DNA of 63,509 nt, the filler included, from Mobula birostris (Eukaryota), in assembly GCF_030028105.1 (NCBI RefSeq). It is 3 parts of 3 records of this genome, joined end to end, with 100 filler letters (N's around TTAATTAATTAA, not from the genome) between each part and the next. Parts side by side here need not be neighbours in the genome. Positions count along the whole stretch, not along the records: positions 1 to 18,680 come from NC_092379.1; 2 more parts are not named here. One strand, given 5' to 3'. Made by a program: the position numbers and the translations under genes. This document shows, in pieces, positions 1-11,976 of this stretch. The notes under the pieces were generated by a model, which did no database searches, was not told where the DNA came from, and saw only the letters and a program-made list of their open reading frames with translations. Every line of letters begins with the position of its first letter. The stretch's first letter is position 1.

Positions 1-82
1 GGCTCCTGTACCTCCCTCCTGATGGCAGCAGCGAGGAGAGAGGAGAGCATGGCCACACAGGGTCACGCACTACGGAAGCAGG

Positions 83-203
83 CCCATTGGCCCAAGCCAA
101 CCCAGATTCCCATTGGCCCATGCCAACCTTGATTCCCATTGGCCCATGCCAAGCTAGATTCCCACTGGCCTGTGCCAACCTAGATTCCCATTGGCCCATG
201 AAC
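83..203. repeat. 26-bp tandem repeat, about 4.5 copies
   Basis: Unit cccattggcccatgccaacctagatt repeated with small variations. Confidence 0.85.
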
Positions 204-269
204 CTCCAGACCTTTCCTATCCATGGACTTGTCCAACTGTCTTTTAATGTACAGGGAGTGGCTGAGAGG

Positions 270-630
270 AATAAGATTTTATTCCTTGGAGTGTAGGAGA
301 CTGAGGGGTGACTATATAGAGGTGTACAAAACAATGAGGGGCACAGATAGGGTGAATGCCCGCAGCCTTTTTCCCCAGGGTTGGGGAATCACAAACCAGT
401 GGGCACAGGTTTAAGGTGAGAGGGGCAAGAATAGGAACCCGAGGGGCAGCTTTTTCACCCGGGCGTTTGTCCGAACATGAAATGAGCTGCCAGAGGAAGT
501 GCTTGAAGCAGGTACATTAATAACATTTAAAGGGGACTTGGATAGGAAAGGCTTAGAGAGATCTAGGCCAAACACAGATGGAGGGGAGTAGCTGGGATGG
601 CAACCGTGGTAGGGCTGAAGGGGCTATGTG
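270..630 (+). mobile_element. CR1-type LINE 3' remnant
   Basis: Degenerate 'SLECRRLRGDYIEVYKTMRG.DRVNA..LFP' CR1 ORF2 C-terminus followed by typical 3' UTR. Confidence 0.7.
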
Positions 631-1119
631 TGAATATATGATAGGAAAGGTTTTAGGGCATATTCTGGAGTTATGGAATATAGCAAATATTAATTTCAGC
701 ATTGACCTGTCTTCAGACCTGAATGTGGATTGTAGATTGAGTTTAAAATGCAGCTCAGAACAATGGTCTTCTTGGAACTGCAGACTGGGATCGATTGCAA
801 ACCAGGAAAGTCACCATGGACCTGAGATGTCTGCATATGCATGAAGGCAACTAAGAGACAGTGGTGATTAACATTCAGTCTTGGGTGTTGGTGTGAAGAA
901 CTAGGTGTTTGAAAACTATACATAACTCAAAGGGAGCATTATGAATGCATTGTATCAATAGAAATTGTCCTACAATGTCATCTAACGTTGGGGTTGGGGA
1001 GCCTCTTCTTCGAAGAATGTCTCCCGTATGATGCCTGGTTGTTGTGCAGAATAAGAGCTTCTATATCCACCAGCTTCAGTGTCTCCCGGTGACTTCATTC
1101 ACAGCCACAACAGGCTAAC

Positions 1120-1515
1120 GTGGGTCAAACGCAGGCAGCCAACGTAATGAAAGACCCTACCCACCCCAGATGTTCTCTCTTCTCCCCTCTCCCTTCGGGC
1201 AGAAGATACAGACTCCTGAAAGCACGTCCCACCAGGCTCAAGGACCAGCTTCTGCCCCACTGCTATCAAACACTTGGACGGTCCTCTTGTACGGTAAGAC
1301 TGACCCTTGACCTCCCAACCTACCTCATTAGGATCTTGTATCTTATCCTTTCCCTGCACTGCACTCTTCCCTGTGGCTGTGACACTTTATCCTGCATTCT
1401 GTTACTGCTTTAGCTCGTTCTACCTCAATGCACTCTGTAATAATCTGATCTTTATGAACTGTGTGCAAGACAAACTTCTCACTGTATTCGGTACTTGTGA
1501 CAGTAATAAACCAAC
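1120..1515 (+). mobile_element. Rex1/Babar-like LINE 3' remnant
   Basis: 'KDPTHPRCSLFSPLPSGRRYRLLKARPTRLKDQ' motif; ends aataaa. Confidence 0.65.
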
Positions 1516-1925
1516 TTACTGACTCCACAGAAGTTTATAAAATTAAGACAGGCACAGACAGACGGGCTAGTGTCTTTTCACAGAAATAAAATCTACAGCA
1601 CATTACAGGAAGGGTGTGGGGGCTTTGGAGAGGGTGCAGAGGGGCTCGCCAGGATGCTGCCTGGATTAGAGGACAGGAGCTGTATGAAGACGTTGGACAA
1701 GGTTGTTTTCTCTGGAGTTAAGGAGGGCGAAGGGAGACCTGACAGAAGTCTATCGATTATGATGGGCAAAGATGGGGTAGACAGTCGGTATCTTTCTCCG
1801 CAAGGTGGAAAGATCGAATACCAGGGGGTGTGAATTTCAGATGGGAGGGGGAGTTTGTGTTTACACAGAGAGTGGTGGGTGCCTGGAATATCCCGCCAGG
1901 GGTGGTGTTGGAGGCAGACTGGCCA

Positions 1926-2420
1926 TCATTTGTCTGGTATGGAGGGGCTGCTGCACGGGACCGAAAGAAGCTGCAGAGGGTTGTAAATCTAGTCAGCTCC
2001 ATCTTGGCTACTAGCCTGCAAAGTACCCAGGACATCTTCACGGAGCAGCGTCTCAGAAAGGCAGCGTCCATTATTAAGGACCTCCAGCACCCAGGGCATG
2101 CCCTTTTCTCACTGTTACCATCAGGTAGGAGGTACAGAAGCCTGAAGGCTCACACTCAACGATTCAGAAACAGCTTCTTCCCCTCTGCCATCCGATTCCT
2201 AAATGGACATTGAAGCTTTGGACACTACCTCACTTTTTTTAATATACAGTATTTCTGTTTTTGCACTTTTTAAATATCTATTCAACATACGTAATTGATT
2301 TACTTGTTTACTTATTTTTTATTTATTTATTTTCTCTGCTAGATTATGTATCGCATTGAACTGCTGCTGCTAAGTTAATGAATTTCATGTCACATGCCGG
2401 TGATAATAAACCTGATTCTG
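1926..2420 (+). mobile_element. Rex1/Babar-like LINE 3' end
   Basis: 'HPGHALFSLLPSGRRYRSLKAHTQRFRNSFFPSAIRFLN' then 3' UTR ending aataaacctgattctg; directly follows a CR1 fragment (about 1530-1925). Confidence 0.75.
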
Positions 2421-2509
2421 GTTTTCAGCAGGGGCAGTGTGGGCTGAATGGATGGTGCCCGCAGTGACCGGTTGCCCCAGTACGGGGCGAGAAGGCAAGG
2501 GGTCTCCCA

Positions 2510-2895
2510 GAGAACCCAGCACATCTGTAGTTGTGAACTTCCCACTATTCAGGACATTTACAAAGACAGGTGTGTGAAAAAGGGGCCCAAAGAATCATTG
2601 GGGACCCGAGTCACCCCAAACTCAAAACTGTTCCAATTCCTACCATCCGGGAAACGGTACCACAGCATAAAAGCCGGGACCAGCAGGCTCCGGGACAGCT
2701 TCTTCCACCAGGCAGATTAACTCACGCTGATACAATTGTATTTCTAAGCTATATTGACTGTCCTGTTGTACATACTATTTATTATAAATTACCATAAATT
2801 GCGCATTGCACATTTAGATGGAGACATACGTAAAGATTTTTACTCCTCATGTATATGAAGGTTGTAAGTAATAAAGTCAATTCAATTCAATTTAC
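2510..2895 (+). mobile_element. Rex1/Babar-like LINE 3' end
   Basis: 'ELPTIQDIYKDRC...LPSGKRYHSIKAGTSRLRDSFFHQA'; tail aataaagtcaattcaattcaatt. Confidence 0.7.
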
Positions 2896-2899
2896 ACCC

Positions 2900-3912
2900 C
2901 TCTCAAACTACTGGGGTACCGCAGGGTTCAGTGCTGGGACCACAGCTATTTACAATATACATTAATGATTTAGATGAAGGGCTTAAATGTAACATTAGTA
3001 AATTTGCAGATGACACAAAGCTGGGTGGCAGTGTGAAATGTGAGGAGGATGTTATGAGAATGCAGGGTGACTTGGACAGGCTGGGTGAGTGGGCAGATGC
3101 GTGGCAGATGCAGTTTAATGTGGATAAATTTGAGATTATCCACTTTGGTGGCAAGAACAGGAAGGCAGATTACTATCTGAATGGTGTCAAGTTAGGAAAA
3201 GGGGAAGCACAATGAGATCTAGGTGTCCTTGTTCATCAGTCACTGAAAGTAAGCATTCAGGTACAGCAGGTAGTGAAGAAAGCTAATGGCATGTTGGCCT
3301 TCATAACAAGGGGAGTTGAGTATAGGAGCAAAGAGGTCCTTCTGCAGTTGTACAGGGCCCTGGTGAGACCCCACCTGGAGTACTGTGTGCAGTTTTGGTG
3401 TCCAAATTTGAGGAAGGACATTCTAGCTATTGAGGAAGTGCAGCGTAGGTTCACGAGGTTAATTCCCGGGATGGCGGAACTGTCATATGTTGAAAGATTG
3501 GAGCGACTGGGCTTGTATACACTGGAATTTAGGGGGATGCAAGGGGATCTGATATAAGATTATTAAGGGATTGGACACTCTAGAGGCAGGAAACATGTTC
3601 CCGATGTTGGGAGAGTCCAGAACCAGAGGGCACAGTTTAAGAATAAGGGGTAGACCATTTAGAATGGAGTTGAGGAAAAACTTTTTCACCCAGAGAGTTG
3701 TGGTTCTGTGGAATGCTCTGTCTCAGAAGACAGTGGAGGCCAATTCTCTGGATCCTTTCAAAAAAGAGTTAGATAGAGCTCTTAAAGATAGCGGAGTGAA
3801 GCGATATGGGGAGAAGGCAGGAAAAGGGTACTGATTGTGGATGGTCAGCCATTCACAGTGAATGGTAGTGCTGGCTCGAAGGGCCGAGGGCCTACTCCTG
3901 CACCTATTGTCT
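2900..3912 (+). mobile_element. CR1 LINE, 5'-truncated, RT to 3' end, with stops
   Basis: GVPQGSVLGP, YINDLD, SKFADDTKLGG, LYRALVRPHLEYCVQFW motifs and 3' UTR. Confidence 0.9.
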
Positions 3913-3951
3913 ATTGTCAAACGCGGCAACGGGTGGAGACACCGGACTCAC

Positions 3952-4335
3952 TGCGCTCGACGGAGAGGGAGATCCCACAGCCACACCAGTCCGTGGCGTT
4001 GACGTCCCAGAGGTTGTCGGTAATCTGGCAGAAGTAGCGGGTGGTGTCGGTGGACGTGGCACGGTTGATCTGCAAGGACATGGTCCCGCGGCGGATGTCC
4101 TTGCGGGCCAGGTAACGGTCGGTGCTCCCGGCGAGGTATATGGGCTGTTGGGAGCCGGGCTCCCAGTACAGCAGTTTCTTGAGGGCTCCTCCCCCACTGG
4201 GAGGCACGTACAACCACAGGAAGTACCGGTTGTCGTGCTGGTAGGAGAACCGGCATTGCAGGGACACCGGAGAGCCCTCAGTGGCCACCATCTTTGCCGA
4301 GGACACGCGGAAGTTGGTTCCAGCCAAGCAGGAGC
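3952..4335 (-). CDS. V-set Ig domain exon with J-like strand in the same exon (non-rearranging VJ-type receptor)
   Basis: Acceptor ctccctAG, donor A|GTGAGT, 384 nt, phase 1-1, open frame: GSCLAGTNFRV..SLQC..YFLW..DTTRYFC..WCGCGISLSVE; no RSS. Confidence 0.85.
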
Positions 4336-4384
4336 CTAGGGAGATTTTTTTAAAAATGGAGTGGTTAGCATCAGTTCCTGCCTC

Positions 4385-5060
4385 CGTATCCCTGGGTCTG
4401 CCTCACACCGGGAGCACCGCGCACAGTTCCCGTCTCCGTACCCCTGGGTCGGACCCACACCGGGAGCACCGCGCACAGTTCCCGTCTCCGTACCCCTGGG
4501 TCGGACCCACACCGGGAGCACCGCGCACAGTTCCCGTCTCCGTACCCCTGGGTCGGATCCACACCGGGAGCACCGCGCACCGTTCCCGTCTCCGTACCCC
4601 TGGGTCGGACCCACACCGGGAGCACCGCGCACAGTTCCCGTCTCCGTACCCCTGGGTCGGACCCACACCGGGAGCACCGCGCACAGTTCCCGTCTCCGTA
4701 CCCCTGGGTCGGATCCACACCGGGAGCACCGCGCACCGTTCCCGTCTCCGTACCCCTGGGTCGGACCCACACCGGGAGCACCGCGCACAGTTCCCGTCTC
4801 CGTACCCCTGGGTCGGACCCACACCGGGAGCACCGCGCACCGTTCCCGTCTCCGTACCCCTGGGTCGGACCCACACCGGGAGCACCACTCACAGTTCCCG
4901 TCTCCGTACCCCTGGGTCGGACCCACACCGGGAGCACCGCGCACAGTTCCCGTCTCCGTACCCCTGGGTCGGACCCACACCGGGAGCACCGCGCACAGTT
5001 CCCGTCTCCATACTCCTGGGTCAGACCCACACCGGGAGCACCGCGCACAGTTCCCGTCTG
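4385..5060. repeat. 52-bp minisatellite A, about 13 copies, in leader-V intron
   Basis: Unit gggtcggacccacaccgggagcaccgcgcacagttcccgtctccgtacccct; period 52 (4451 to 4503). Confidence 0.95.
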
Positions 5061-5111
5061 TGGGTGAGAACCACACCAATGTAATCAGAAGGAAAAGAGT
5101 AGGTCCCTTAC

Positions 5112-5157
5112 CAGCAAAGAGGAGAAGGAGCTGGATCTGAATGATATTTGATACCAT
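5112..5157 (-). CDS. Signal-peptide (leader) exon of the VJ-type gene
   Basis: accagcATGG context, MVSNIIQIQLLLLFA + G|GTAAGG; phase 1 matches the V exon acceptor. Confidence 0.8.
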
Positions 5158-6619
5158 GCTGGTGGGAAAGGTTTCTGTTTGCCAGAGCCCCAGGACCACG
5201 GCACTGCCTGATGGTAGCTGACAGACAACTGTGCTCTGAGAGCACTTTTGCGATGTGGACTCTCGCTCTGAGTCATCCAGGAAACACTGGGAGCTGACAT
5301 GGCACAAAAGATAAGAGGGAGCACAAGACTCTTGGGATGGGTCAAATGGGGATTCCTTCGTGTCTGACCCCGGGAGTGTGTGATGGGACGGTGTGGACGG
5401 AGTTTCACTCTGTGTCTGACCCCGGGAATGTGCGATGGGATGGTGTGGAGGGAGTTTCACTCTGTGTCTGACCGCGGGAGTGTGTGATGGGACGGTGTGG
5501 AGGGAGTTTCACTCAGTGTCTGACCCCGGGAGTGTGTGATGGGACTGTGTGGAGGGAGTTTCACTCTGTGTCTGACCCCGGGAGTGTGTGATGAGATGGT
5601 GTGGACAGAGATTCACTTTGTGTCTGACTCCGGGAGTGTGTGATGGGACAGTGTGGAGGGAGCTTCACTTAGTGTCTGACCCTGGGAGTGTGTGATGGGA
5701 CGGTGTGGAGGGAGATACACTCTGTTTCTAACCCCGGGAGTGTGTGATGGGACGGTGTGGAGGGAGTTTCACTCTGTGTCTGACCCCGGGAATGTGCGAT
5801 GGGATGGTGTGGAGGGAGTTTCACTCTGTGTCTGACCCCGGGAATGTGCGATGGGATGGTGTGGAGGGAGTTTCACTCTGTGTCTGACCGCGGGAGTGTG
5901 TGATGGGACGGTGTGGAGGGAGTTTCACTCTGTGTCTGACCCCGGGAGTGTGTGATGAGATGGTGTGGACAGAGATTCACTTTGTGTCTGACTCCGGGAG
6001 TGTGTGATGGGACAGTGTGGAGGGAGCTTCACTTAGTGTCTGACCCTGGGAGTGTGTGATGGGACGGTGTGGAGGGAGTTTCACTCTGTGTCTGACCCCG
6101 AGAGTGTGTGATGGGACGGTGTGGAGGGAGCTTCACTCTGTGTCTGACTGCGGGAGTGTGTGATGGGACAGTGTGGAGGGAGATTCACTCTGTGTCTGAC
6201 CCCAGGAGTGTGTGATGGGACTGTGTGGAGGGAGCTTCACTCTGTGTCTGACTGCAGGAGTGTGTGATGGGACAGTGTGGAGGGAGTTTCACTCAGTGTC
6301 TGACCCTGGGAGTGTGTGATGGGACAGTGTGGAGGGAGTTTCACTCTGTGTCTGACCCCGGGAGTGTGTGATGGGACGGTGTGGAGGGAGATTCACTCTG
6401 TGTCTGACCCCGGGAGTGTGTGATGGGACGGTGTGGAGGGAGATTCACTCTGTGTCTGACCCCGGGAGTGTGTGATGGGACGGTGTGGAGGGAGATTCAC
6501 TCTGTGTCTGACCCCGGGAGTGTGTGATGGGACGGTGTGGAGGGAGATTCACTCTGTGTCTGACCCTGGGAGTGTGTGGTGGGACGGTGTGGAGGGAGTT
6601 TCACTCTGTGTCTGACCCC

Positions 6620-6960
6620 TTTTTTTTTATTTTTATTTTACAAAATTCTTTATTACAAATGTCGGTGCTATACAATATTTACAAACCCAGTGACTAACAC
6701 ATTTACTACACTACAAACAGACAATACATGTTAAACCAATATATTGCCATCCTCATCAATGATGGCATTTACACACCGCGGAGCCCAACGGTCCCGGAAC
6801 ATCTTGACGGTCGCCGTGGACTGTGCGTATTCCTTTTCAATGTTCACCCGGGCTCGAACATACCCCCTAAACATAGCCAGGCAGTCCGCCCGGGGAGAAC
6901 CTCCTGCCACCCTTTTCCAGGAGCCACGGATGGCAATTTTCGCCAGCCCCAGGAGCAAGT
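6620..6960 (-). mobile_element. Tx1-clade LINE 3' end (341 bp) inserted in satellite B
   Basis: Poly(A) tail and AATAAA on minus strand; encodes LLLGLAKIAI..IIDEDGNILV*; about 97% identical by eye to 3' end of 16658-18306. Confidence 0.9.
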
Positions 6961-7292
6961 TTCACTCTGTGTCTGACCCCGGGAGTGTGTGATGGGACAG
7001 TGTGGAGGGAGTTTCACTCAGTGTCTGACCCCGGGAGTGTGTGATGGGATGGTGTGGAGGGAGTTTCACTCTGTGTCTGACCCCGGGAGTGTGTGATGGG
7101 ACGGTGTGGAGGGAGTTTCACTCTGTGTCTGACCCCGGGAGTGTGTGATGGGACGGTGTGGAGGGAGATTCACTCTGTGTCTGACCCCGGGAGTGTGTGA
7201 TGGGACGGTGTGGAGGGAGATTCACTCTGTGTCTGACCCTGGGAGTGTGTGGTGGGACGGTGTGGAGGGAGTTTCACTCTGTGTCTGACCCC

Positions 7293-7633
7293 TTTTTTTT
7301 TATTTTTATTTTACAAAATTCTTTATTACAAATGTCGGTGCTATACAATATTTACAAACCCAGTGACTAACACATTTACTACACTACAAACAGACAATAC
7401 ATGTTAAACCAATATATTGCCATCCTCATCAATGATGGCATTTACACCCCGCGGAGCCCAACGGTCCCGGAACATCTTGACGGTCGCCGTGGACTGTGCG
7501 TATTCCTTTTCAATGTTCACCCGGGCTCGAACATACCCCCTAAACATAGCCAGGCAGTCCGCCCGGGGAGAACCTCCTGCCACCCTTTTCCAGGAGCCAC
7601 GGATGGCAATTTTCGCCAGCCCCAGGAGCAAGT
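7293..7633 (-). mobile_element. Duplicate of the 341-bp Tx1 3' end
   Basis: Same junctions, offset 673 bp, one substitution seen. Confidence 0.9.
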
Positions 7634-9239
7634 TTCACTCTGTGTCTGACCCCGGGAGTGTGTGATGGGACAGTGTGGAGGGAGTTTCACTCAGTGTCTG
7701 ACCCCGGGAGTGTGTGATGGGATGGTGTGGAGGGAGTTTCACTCTGTGTCTGACCCCGGGAGTGTGTGATGGGACGGTGTGGAGGGAGTTTCACTCTGTG
7801 TCTGACCCCGGGAGTGTGTGATGGGACGGTGTGGAGGGAGTTTCACTCTGTGTCTGACCCTGGGAGGGAGTGATGGGACGGTGTGGATGGAGTTTCACTC
7901 TGTGTCTGACCCCGGGAGTGTGTGATGGGACGGTGTGGAGGGAGCTTCACTCTGTGTCTGACCCCGGGAGTGTGTGATGGGACGGTGTGGAGGGAGTTTC
8001 ACTCAGTGACTGACCCCGGGAGTGTGTGATGGGACGGTGTGGAGGGAGTTTCACTCTGTGTCTGACCCCGGGAGTGTGTGATGGGACGGTGTGGAGGGAG
8101 ATTCACTCTGTGTCTGACCCCGGGAGTGTGTGATGGGACGGTGTGGAGGGAGTTTCACTCTGTGTCTGACCCCGGGAGTGTGTGATGGGACGGTGTGGAG
8201 GGAGTTTCACTCTGTGTCTGACCCCGGGAGTGTGTGATGGGACGGTGTGGAGGGAGTTTCACTCGGTGTCTGACCCTGGGAGTGTGTGATGGGACGGTGT
8301 GGAGGGAGTTTCACTCGGTGTCTGACCCCGGGAGTGTGTGATGGGACGGTGTGGAGGGTGTTTCACTCTGTGTCTGACCCCGGGAGTGTGTGATGGGACG
8401 GTGTGGAGGGAGTTTCACTCTGTGTCTGACCCCGGGAGTATGTGATGGGACGGTGTGGAGGGAGTTTCATTCAGTGTCTGACCCCGGGAGTGTGTGATGG
8501 GACGGTGTGGAGGGAGATTCACTCTGTGTCTGACCCTGGGAGGGAGTGATGGGACGGTGTGGAGGGAGTTTCACTCTGTGTCTGACCCCGGGAGTGTGTG
8601 ATGGGACGGTGTGGAGGGAGTTTCACTCTGTGTCTGACCCCGGGAGTGTGTGATGGGACGGTGTGGAGGGAGTTTCATTCTGTGCCTGACCCTGGGAGTG
8701 TGTGATGGGACGGTGTGGAGGGAGATTCACTCTGTGTCTGACCCTGGGAGTGTGTGATGGGACGGTGTGGAGGGAGTTTCACTCTGTGTCCGGCCCCGGG
8801 AGTGTGTGATGGGACGGTGTGGAGGGAGATTCACTCTGTGTCTGACCCTGGGAGTGTGTGATGGGACGGTGTGGAGGGAGATTCACTCTGTGTCCGGCCC
8901 CGGGAGTGTGTGATGGGACGGTGTGGAGGGAGTTTCACTCTGTGTCCGGCCCCGGGAGTGTGTGATGGGACGGTGTGGAGGGAGATTCACTCTGTGTCTG
9001 ACCCTGGGAGTGTGTGATGGGACGGTGTGGAGGGAGTTTCACTCTGTGTCTGACCCGGGAGTGTGTGATGGGACGGTGTGGAGGGAGATTCACTGTGTGT
9101 CTGACCCTGGGAGGGAGTGATGGGACGGATGGAGGGAGAGTTACATTTTGAAGACTATTGAGAACAGGAATTTCACAGTGGACGTTCATACCCTGAGGAG
9201 TGTTGTAGAAAAGAGAGACCTAGGGGTTGGTTTGGCACA

Positions 9240-9485
9240 TGGATTGGCATGGGGCAGGAGGGCCGAATGGCTTGCGGTTGTTTTGTTGTGATGTGGGGTG
9301 TGGGCGGAGCCAACACTGTCAATCAACTGATGGAAGAGTGACAGCTGTCAGTACTGGGGGTTGGTCAATGAGCTGTCCGTCAGAGGAGTAGGCGGGCCTC
9401 CGGGCGGAAGTGATGCACCGGGCCTACCGTTCGCTTTGCAGCCTCGGGCTCGAGTTGTGGCTACGGCCCGGAGCCCGGAACCAAG
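9240..9485 (+). promoter_or_regulatory. METTL3 CpG-rich promoter / 5' UTR
   Basis: GC box GGGCGG 9302-9307, ETS motif CGGAAGTG 9405-9412, CpG-rich, upstream of ATG. Confidence 0.55.
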
Positions 9486-9576
9486 ATGTCAGACACGTGG
9501 AGCGACATCCAGGCCCACAAGAAGCAGCTACACAGTCTGAGGGAGAGGCTGCAGCGGAGGCGGAGGGAGCCAGGCG
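9486..9576 (+). CDS. METTL3: m6A methyltransferase catalytic subunit, coding exon 1
   Basis: MSDTWSDIQAHKKQLHSLRERLQRRRRE matches recalled vertebrate METTL3 N-terminus; donor G|GTGAGG, phase 1. Confidence 0.95.
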
Positions 9577-9589
9577 GTGAGGGGAAGAA

Positions 9590-10650
9590 GAAGGGGCTGG
9601 GGAAAGGGAAGTTAAAGGGGAGGGGAGGTGGAGATGGAGGGTGGGTCGGGGTTTGGATTGGAGGGGAGGGGCATGTAGCTGGTGGACAGTGGAAAGGGAG
9701 GGGCAGGGGAGGGGAGGAAAAGGTGTAGGGAGAGGGAGAGGGGTGTGGGTTAAGAAGGAAGGGGATAGGGGTAGTTTGAGGGGGAGGGGGAGAGGGATGA
9801 GGAAGGAGGTTGAGGGGTAGGGGTGGAGTTGAGAGGGAGGGAATGGGGCAGGGGGTTGAGGGTGATGGGGGCCGGGGGGTTGGAGGGGGATTGGGCCGGG
9901 GGGGGGGGTGGTTGAGGGGGAATTTGAGGTGGGAAGGGGATTGTCAAGGGGAGTTTAAGGGTGATGAGGGCCGGGGGGGTTTAAGGGGGATGGGGCCAGG
10001 GGAGTTTAAGGGTGATGGGGGCTGGGGGGGTTTAAGGGGGATGGGGAGGGGGTTGAGGGGGAATTTGAGGTGGGTGGGGGATGGGGCCAAGGGGAGTTTA
10101 AGGTTGATGGGGGCCGGGGGGGTTGAGGGGGAGTTTGAGGTGGGTGGGGGATGGGGCCAGGGGAATTTAAGGGTGATGGGGGCCAGGGCGTTTAAGGGGG
10201 AGGGGGTTGAGGGGGAGTTTGAGGTGGCAGTGGGAAGGGGCAAGGGGACTTTAAGGGTGATGGGGGCCAGGGGGTGGGGTTGAGGGGGATGGGGCAGTGG
10301 GGGGTTAAGGGGGAGTTTGAGGTGGGAAGGGGATGGGGCAAGCAGAGTTTGAGGTGGGAGTAGGAAGGGGATGGGGGCAGGGGGAGTTTGGGGTGGGAGG
10401 GGTGAGGTGGATCGGGGTGGTGAGAGGTTATGGGGTACAAGGGGTGGTGGGAGGGTGTAGATGGAGGTTCATTGGGGGTTGGAGGATGAGGGGGAGGGTT
10501 GATGGGAAGGGGGTGGTGAGGGGGAGAGGGAAGGGAGTGATGAAACTGGAGCAGAGCCAGTTTGGGGGTGGAATTAGGCAGGATGCAAGAGAGGTTGGTC
10601 GGGTGAGGCTGTTTGAAGGGAAGGGAATGAACGGCAAATGGGAGTGAAGT
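9590..10650 (+). repeat. G-rich, C-poor degenerate repeat in METTL3 intron 1
   Basis: Recurrent ggggagtttaagggtgatggggg / tttgaggtggg units with dense G-runs. Confidence 0.85.
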
Positions 10651-10924
10651 ATTAAGTGTCCAGCTAACACATGTACTGTCTGGGCAAACCAGGAGAGTTT
10701 AGGGAACCCTGGCTGAGGAGAGATGTTGGAGCTCAGGTGAAGAAGAAGAAAGAAGCATGGTTTAGGAGATCAGGATAGAGCAAGTCCCTCGATCACTATA
10801 AAGTAAGAATACTCTTACAAGGGAAATCGGAAGGGCAAAAGGAGGAAATGAGGTGGATCTAGCAGGTAGGGTTAAGGAAAATCCTGGGAAGTTTTATAGC
10901 GAGATTAAAAGTAAACGATGACTA

Positions 10925-11976
10925 CATAAAACATAGAATAGTACAGCACAGTACAGGCCCTTCGGCCCACAATGTTGTGCCGACCCTCAAACCCTGCCTC
11001 CCATATAAGCCCCCACCTTAGATTCCTCCATATACCTGTCTAGTAGTCTCTTAAACTTCACTAGTGTATCTGCCTCCACCACTGACTCAGGCAGTGCATT
11101 CCACGCACCAACCACTCTCTGAGTAAAAAACCTTCCTCTAATATCCCCCTTGAACATCCCACCCCTTATCTTAAAGCCATGTCCTCTTGTATTGAGCAGT
11201 GGTGCCCTGGGGAAGAGGTGCTGGCTATCCACTCTATCTATTCCTCTTATTATCTTGTACACCTCTATCATGTCTCCTCTCATCTCCTTCTCTCCAAAGA
11301 GTAAAGCCTTAGCTCCCTTAATCTCTGATCATAATGCATACTCTCTAAACCAGGCAGCATCCTGGTAAATCTCCTCTGTACCCTTTCCAATGCTTCCACA
11401 TCCTTCCTATAGTGAGGCGACCAGATCTGGACACAGTACTCCAGGTGTGGCCAAACCAGAGTTTTATAGAGCTGCATCATTACATCGCGACTCTTAAACT
11501 CTGTCCCTCGACTTATGAAAGCTAACACCCCATAAGCTTTCTTAACTACCGTATCTACCTGTGAGGCAACTTTCAGGGATCTGTGCACATGTACCCCGAG
11601 ATCCCTCTGCTCCTCCACACTACCAAGTATCCTGCCATTTACTTTGTACTCTGCCTTGGAGTTTGTCCTTCCAAAGTGTACCACCTCACACTTCTCCGGG
11701 TTGACCTCCATCTGCCACTTCTCAGCCCACTTCTGCAACCTGTCAATGTCTCTCTGCAATCTTCGACAATTCTCTACACTATCTACAACACCACCAACCT
11801 TTGTGTCGGCTGCAAACTTGCCAGCCCACCCTTCTACCCCCACATCCAGGTCATTAATAAAAATCACGAAAAGTAGAGGTCCCAGAACAGATCCTTGTGG
11901 GACACCACTAGTCACAATCCTCCAATCTGAATGTACTCCCTCCACCACCACCCTCTGCCTTCTGCAGGCAAGCCAA
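10925..11976 (-). mobile_element. CR1 LINE, young subfamily, 5'-truncated
   Basis: 223-aa open RT stretch SGVPQGSVLGP..FAADTK..; intact 3' UTR; near-identical to 48150-49392. Confidence 0.92.

Larger units (their letters stand above)
5355..9135. repeat. 52-bp satellite B, G-rich orientation, about 60 copies
   Basis: Unit ctgaccccgggagtgtgtgatgggacggtgtggagggagtttcactctgtgt. Confidence 0.97.

Noticed and set aside
700-850. Possible next exon of the VJ gene (minus strand, AG ... GTCAAT)
   Set aside because: Weak donor; translation resembles no C-domain, stalk or TM segment
4281-5460. Long ORFs (225-374 aa) over minisatellite A
   Set aside because: By-products of a stop-poor tandem repeat, open in several frames on both strands
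4385-9135. CRISPR-like regular repeats
   Set aside because: Head-to-tail 52-bp units with no unique spacers, vertebrate context, no cas genes
9576-10647. Gly-rich and Pro-rich ORFs, including read-through of the METTL3 exon 1 ORF
   Set aside because: Low-complexity intron; the real frame leaves at the 9577 donor
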